A DNA stretch of 64,000 bases from Felis catus. Lineage: Eukaryota. The stretch is from assembly GCF_018350175.1 (NCBI RefSeq), contig NC_058373.1, forward strand, positions 114,206,001 through 114,270,000. The letters run 5' to 3'. Below, one piece after another: positions 60,786 through 64,000 of this stretch (positions are counted from its first letter, which is position 1; every line of letters starts with the position of its first letter). A model generated the notes under the pieces. The model did no database searches. It saw only the letters and a list, made by a program, of their open reading frames with translations, and was not told the DNA's origin. The position numbers and the translations under genes are program-made.

Positions 60786-61319
60786 TGTGAGAAATAAGCC
60801 TACCGGCCCAATCAAAGGCGGGACTCAGAGACTCAGAGCACAGTGAAGCGAGGCTTTAATCAACGTTCTTGCAAGAGCAGGTGTCTGACAGACAGGCAGA
60901 CATCTGCTGTAATTGGGGCAGTTACAGCAGACAATTTATTTCCTAGCGTGCAAGTCCCTCCCCTGGTTCCTCATTGGCTGAGTACTACAGAGGTTACAGC
61001 CTTACCCGGAAGTTGCCTATGCCCATGTAAGGCCAAAAAGTAGTCTGATTGGAACAAATGTGCAATCCCTGAGGTGATGCAGAGACCTTCAGTCCCTCCT
61101 CCCTTTGTCCTTTGGCACATGCTCATTGCAAAGCCCACAAAAATAAGTGTGTGGAACAGAGAGAAGAAGAACCAGGAAGTGAAGTGTCTAAGGATTTGGG
61201 ACTCCACTGGGGTGGGGGTGGGGAATCATACATATTTCCAGGAGGTTGTAAACCTACTATTAACTGGATAGCACAAATATGGTATTTCTGAAAATGAATC
61301 ATCTCCCTTACTTCTCACA
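60786..61319 (-). mobile_element. Intact 534-bp solo LTR of an endogenous retrovirus (probably carnivore-specific; family not assigned)
   Basis: Inverted termini TGTGAGAA...TTCTCACA. Exact 5-bp TSD CCTAC at 60781-60785 and 61320-61324. Minus strand has ATTAAA (60855-60860) and CCAAT boxes. Confidence 0.9.
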
Positions 61320-61324
61320 CCTAC

Positions 61325-61510
61325 CACGTATTACGCGTGTGCTATGCGGCAGCCCTGGGCTAAAGGCTTTATGTGCACTGTCTTTATCGTTTATACCCAT
61401 CTAATAAATGAGGGAATTGAGACTGAGTAATTGGCCAAAGGCCACACACCTAGCAAGGGGTAGAGCCAGGATTCTAACACTGAGCTAGAGGCCTTAACCA
61501 TTTCACCAAC
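61325..61510 (-). mobile_element. MIR SINE
   Basis: ATAAATGAGGGAATTGAGACTGAG...TTGGCCAAAGGCCACACACCTAGCAAG...AGAGCCAGGATTC. Confidence 0.7.
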
Positions 61511-61917
61511 TGAGAAATATCGAGGGGATGATTCCTGCCTCCCTCCCCTGGGATGGGCCACTGAGGCCAGAAGAGTGCATGTCTAGGTGGAAGACAAGGA
61601 GTTCAGTTTGGGAAATGGCGAGTCTGAGGCTCCTCAGAAGCCACCGGATGGAGGCATCCAGCAGAGGTCAGCTGGATGTCTACGGCCCCCATGGCCATGA
61701 AAGACAGCCACTTTCATTGTCAACTCCGCTTCGGGTGCTACAGAGAGAAGGGGAGTCCAAAGAAGGATGAGAGCAGCAAGGGAATAAAGAGTAAGCCAGA
61801 TCCCTGTAAAATAAGTAAGTACTTTAGTCAAGCCAGTCTATTTTCTCATTTGAAGAGGGGGAAGAAAAGAAATGGTCACGGATGGACAGTAGAATCATTC
61901 TCCTTCCCTGCCCTTCA

Positions 61918-62240
61918 GAGGCACACCTCAGAGACGCTGCCAGTTCAGTTCCAGACCACTGCAATAAAGCAAATATCTCAATAACACAAGTCAGTTTTTT
62001 TTTTTTTGGTTTCCCAGTGCATATAAAACTTACGCTTATACTATACTGTAGCCTATTAGATGTGCAATAGAGTTATGTCTTCAAAAAAGTATATACCTTA
62101 ACTAAAAAATACTTAATTGCTGGGGTGCCTGGGTGGCTCAGTCGGTGAAGCGTCCAACTTCATCTCAGGTCATGATCTCATGGTTCTTGGGGTCGAGCCC
62201 CACATCAGGCTCTGCACCGACAGTGCGGAGCCTGCTTGGG

Positions 62241-62291
<51 letters not shown>

Positions 62292-62304
62292 CTCCCCTGT
62301 TTGT

Positions 62305-62343
<39 letters not shown>

Positions 62344-62925
62344 AATAAATAAATACACATTTAAAAAATACTTTATTGCTAAAAAATGCTAACCATCATC
62401 TGAGCTTCCAGTGAGTCCTTGCTGGTGGAGTGTCTTGCCTCTATGCTGATGGCTGCTAACTGTTGGGGTGGCTGTGGCAGTTTCTTAAAATAAGACGGCA
62501 ATGAGGTTTGCCACGTCAGTTGGCTCTTCCTCTCACGAATGATTTGTCTGTGGCATGCGATGCTGTCTGTTGGCGTTTCGCTCCTTCCAAAATTGGAGGC
62601 AATCTTCGCAAAATCTGCAACTGCCTTATCAACTAAATTTATGTCATATTCTAAATCCTCTGTGGTCAGCGCAACAAGCATCACGACATCTTCACCACTT
62701 TCTTTGCTCATCTGTTGGCAGCAACTCCCACCTGTTCAAATTTTATCCTGAGATGGGCAACAATTCAGTCCCATCTTCAGCCTCTGCTTCTAACTCTCGC
62801 TCTCCTGCTGTTTCCACCGCGTCGGCGGCGACTTCCTCCACTGAAGTCTTGCAACTTCACTTTGCAGAAAACGCAGTTTCTGCAAAGCCCAATAAAGCGA
62901 AGCGCAATAAAATGAGGTATGCCTG
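61918..62925 (-). mobile_element. Tigger1 DNA transposon, internally deleted, both ends present
   Basis: Ends (G)AGGCACACCTC and GAGGTATGCCTG. Minus ORF 62379-62711 (TTEDLEYDINLVDKAVADFAKIASNFGRS...SYFKKLPQPPQ) is Tigger1 transposase C-terminus. Confidence 0.9.
62122..62362 (+). mobile_element. Can-SINE with expanded (CT)n, nested in Tigger1
   Basis: 18-bp TSD AAAAAATACTT(A/T)ATTGCT at 62104-62121 and 62363-62380. Confidence 0.95.
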
Positions 62926-64000
62926 TGTCACTTCCTTTTATCCTACCCCTCTGAGGAATTGGGCAGACGTGCTCTGAACACATGACTCACGTAAAATACT
63001 ATTAAGACCAAACACATGCCGGGAATGAAACCGGACCAGCCCTTGTGTCTTCCTCTTTTCTGGAAGGTCTGGGAGGGTCACCCGCCCCTCCTCAAAGGCC
63101 CTGCTTCAAACACACAGCCCCCAGCCCCACCCCCTGCAGAGACACAGTTCCCAGAGGAGAGGAACTTAGATGGAGGGTGGGCAGGGCCTCTCTGGATGAG
63201 AGAAGGTAGTGGAATCTGTAAGCCAGCGTCTCTCAGCTTCCATTTTGGACTTTGCCTCTCCCAGAGTTGGTCCCCAGCCTTTCCCCAGGGCTGCCTACTC
63301 TTTGTTATGGGGGCGCTCTGCCACCTGTCTGCCTCCGGGTCCCACCATACTGCCCCTATCTGTTCCCTCCTCCGTCCCACGGTCCCCCTTCTCCCTTCCT
63401 TTTCCTCGGTCTTGCTGTGGGCTTGTCCTGGGTGCCATGGCATCCTGATTGGTGCAGCAGCATTTACCTGTTCATGTAATTCATGCAATGAGCACCTATT
63501 GGATGCTCAGACATGAAGGTTGCCCCTAAGGTCTTTGGGACAAGAGAGGGTTTTGCAGGGTCATGTGTCTGCCCCCTTCTGGTGCCAGGCCGTGGCCCAG
63601 AACCCTTGCTGTAGGGCACGTGGCTACAGGACCTGCCTCTTTTTGCCACTTCTCTGCCCCCTGAGGGACGTCTGGAATCCTTCTCTGTGAGACCGCCTAA
63701 GGGCCATCTACAGACCCCACTCCGGAGGGCCTGCCCTGGAAGCCCAGGTTTCCCCACGACCTTTTGAAGTCTACAGACCACTTGGAAAGTTGTCCTCCTT
63801 CCAGAATCACTGTCCGAAGAGGAGGGATAGGTTAGAAGTGTCGCCTCCAAGACATTTTCCATCTCACCTCAGGGATCATTCCTTCAGACCCTCCTACGTG
63901 TGGCTTTAAACATCAGTAGTGTAGGTTTTGATCAGACCCTGAGTTGTTTTTGTTTTGTTTTATTTTATTTTCTTAATGGAAGAAAAAAAAAAGGGTTTAT

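Noticed and set aside
62379..62711. 110-aa ORF similar to TIGD1
   Set aside because: C-terminal remnant of Tigger1 transposase in a deleted element; lacks the DNA-binding and catalytic domains.
1..64000. Assignment of the window to a named gene or locus
   Set aside because: No exon or conserved element was recognised with enough certainty; a synteny search is needed.

Overview
Mammalian genomic DNA, almost certainly from a cat-like carnivore (Felidae/Feliformia): it holds 15 tRNA-derived Can-SINEs, several of the felid SINEC_Fc type. I found no protein-coding exon, tRNA/rRNA gene or CRISPR array that I can support. The ORF track is explained by chance ORFs, microsatellites and transposon remnants, so the window looks intergenic or deep-intronic. 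It is a layered record of transposable elements: MIR, L2, L1M/L1-Carnivora, MaLR/ERVL LTRs, MER53/MER5A/MER33/MER115-like and Tigger elements. It also contains an orphan CpG island at about 50.1-50.8 kb and a few candidate enhancers. The most unusual directly visible structures are: (i) a perfect 50-bp inverted repeat with a 5-nt loop in an old MIR (7015-7119), which looks like a template-switch product; (ii) a two-piece, locally templated insertion inside an MLT1 LTR, copied from about 1.2 kb downstream (26882-27003 vs 28013-28219); (iii) a MER53 palindrome carrying a miR-1302-like sequence; (iv) an unexplained 2.3-kb stretch with decayed coding-like character (41080-43400). I see no clear evidence of a new biological system. 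Repeat subfamily names come from remembered consensus sequences, and the boundaries of old repeats are approximate.
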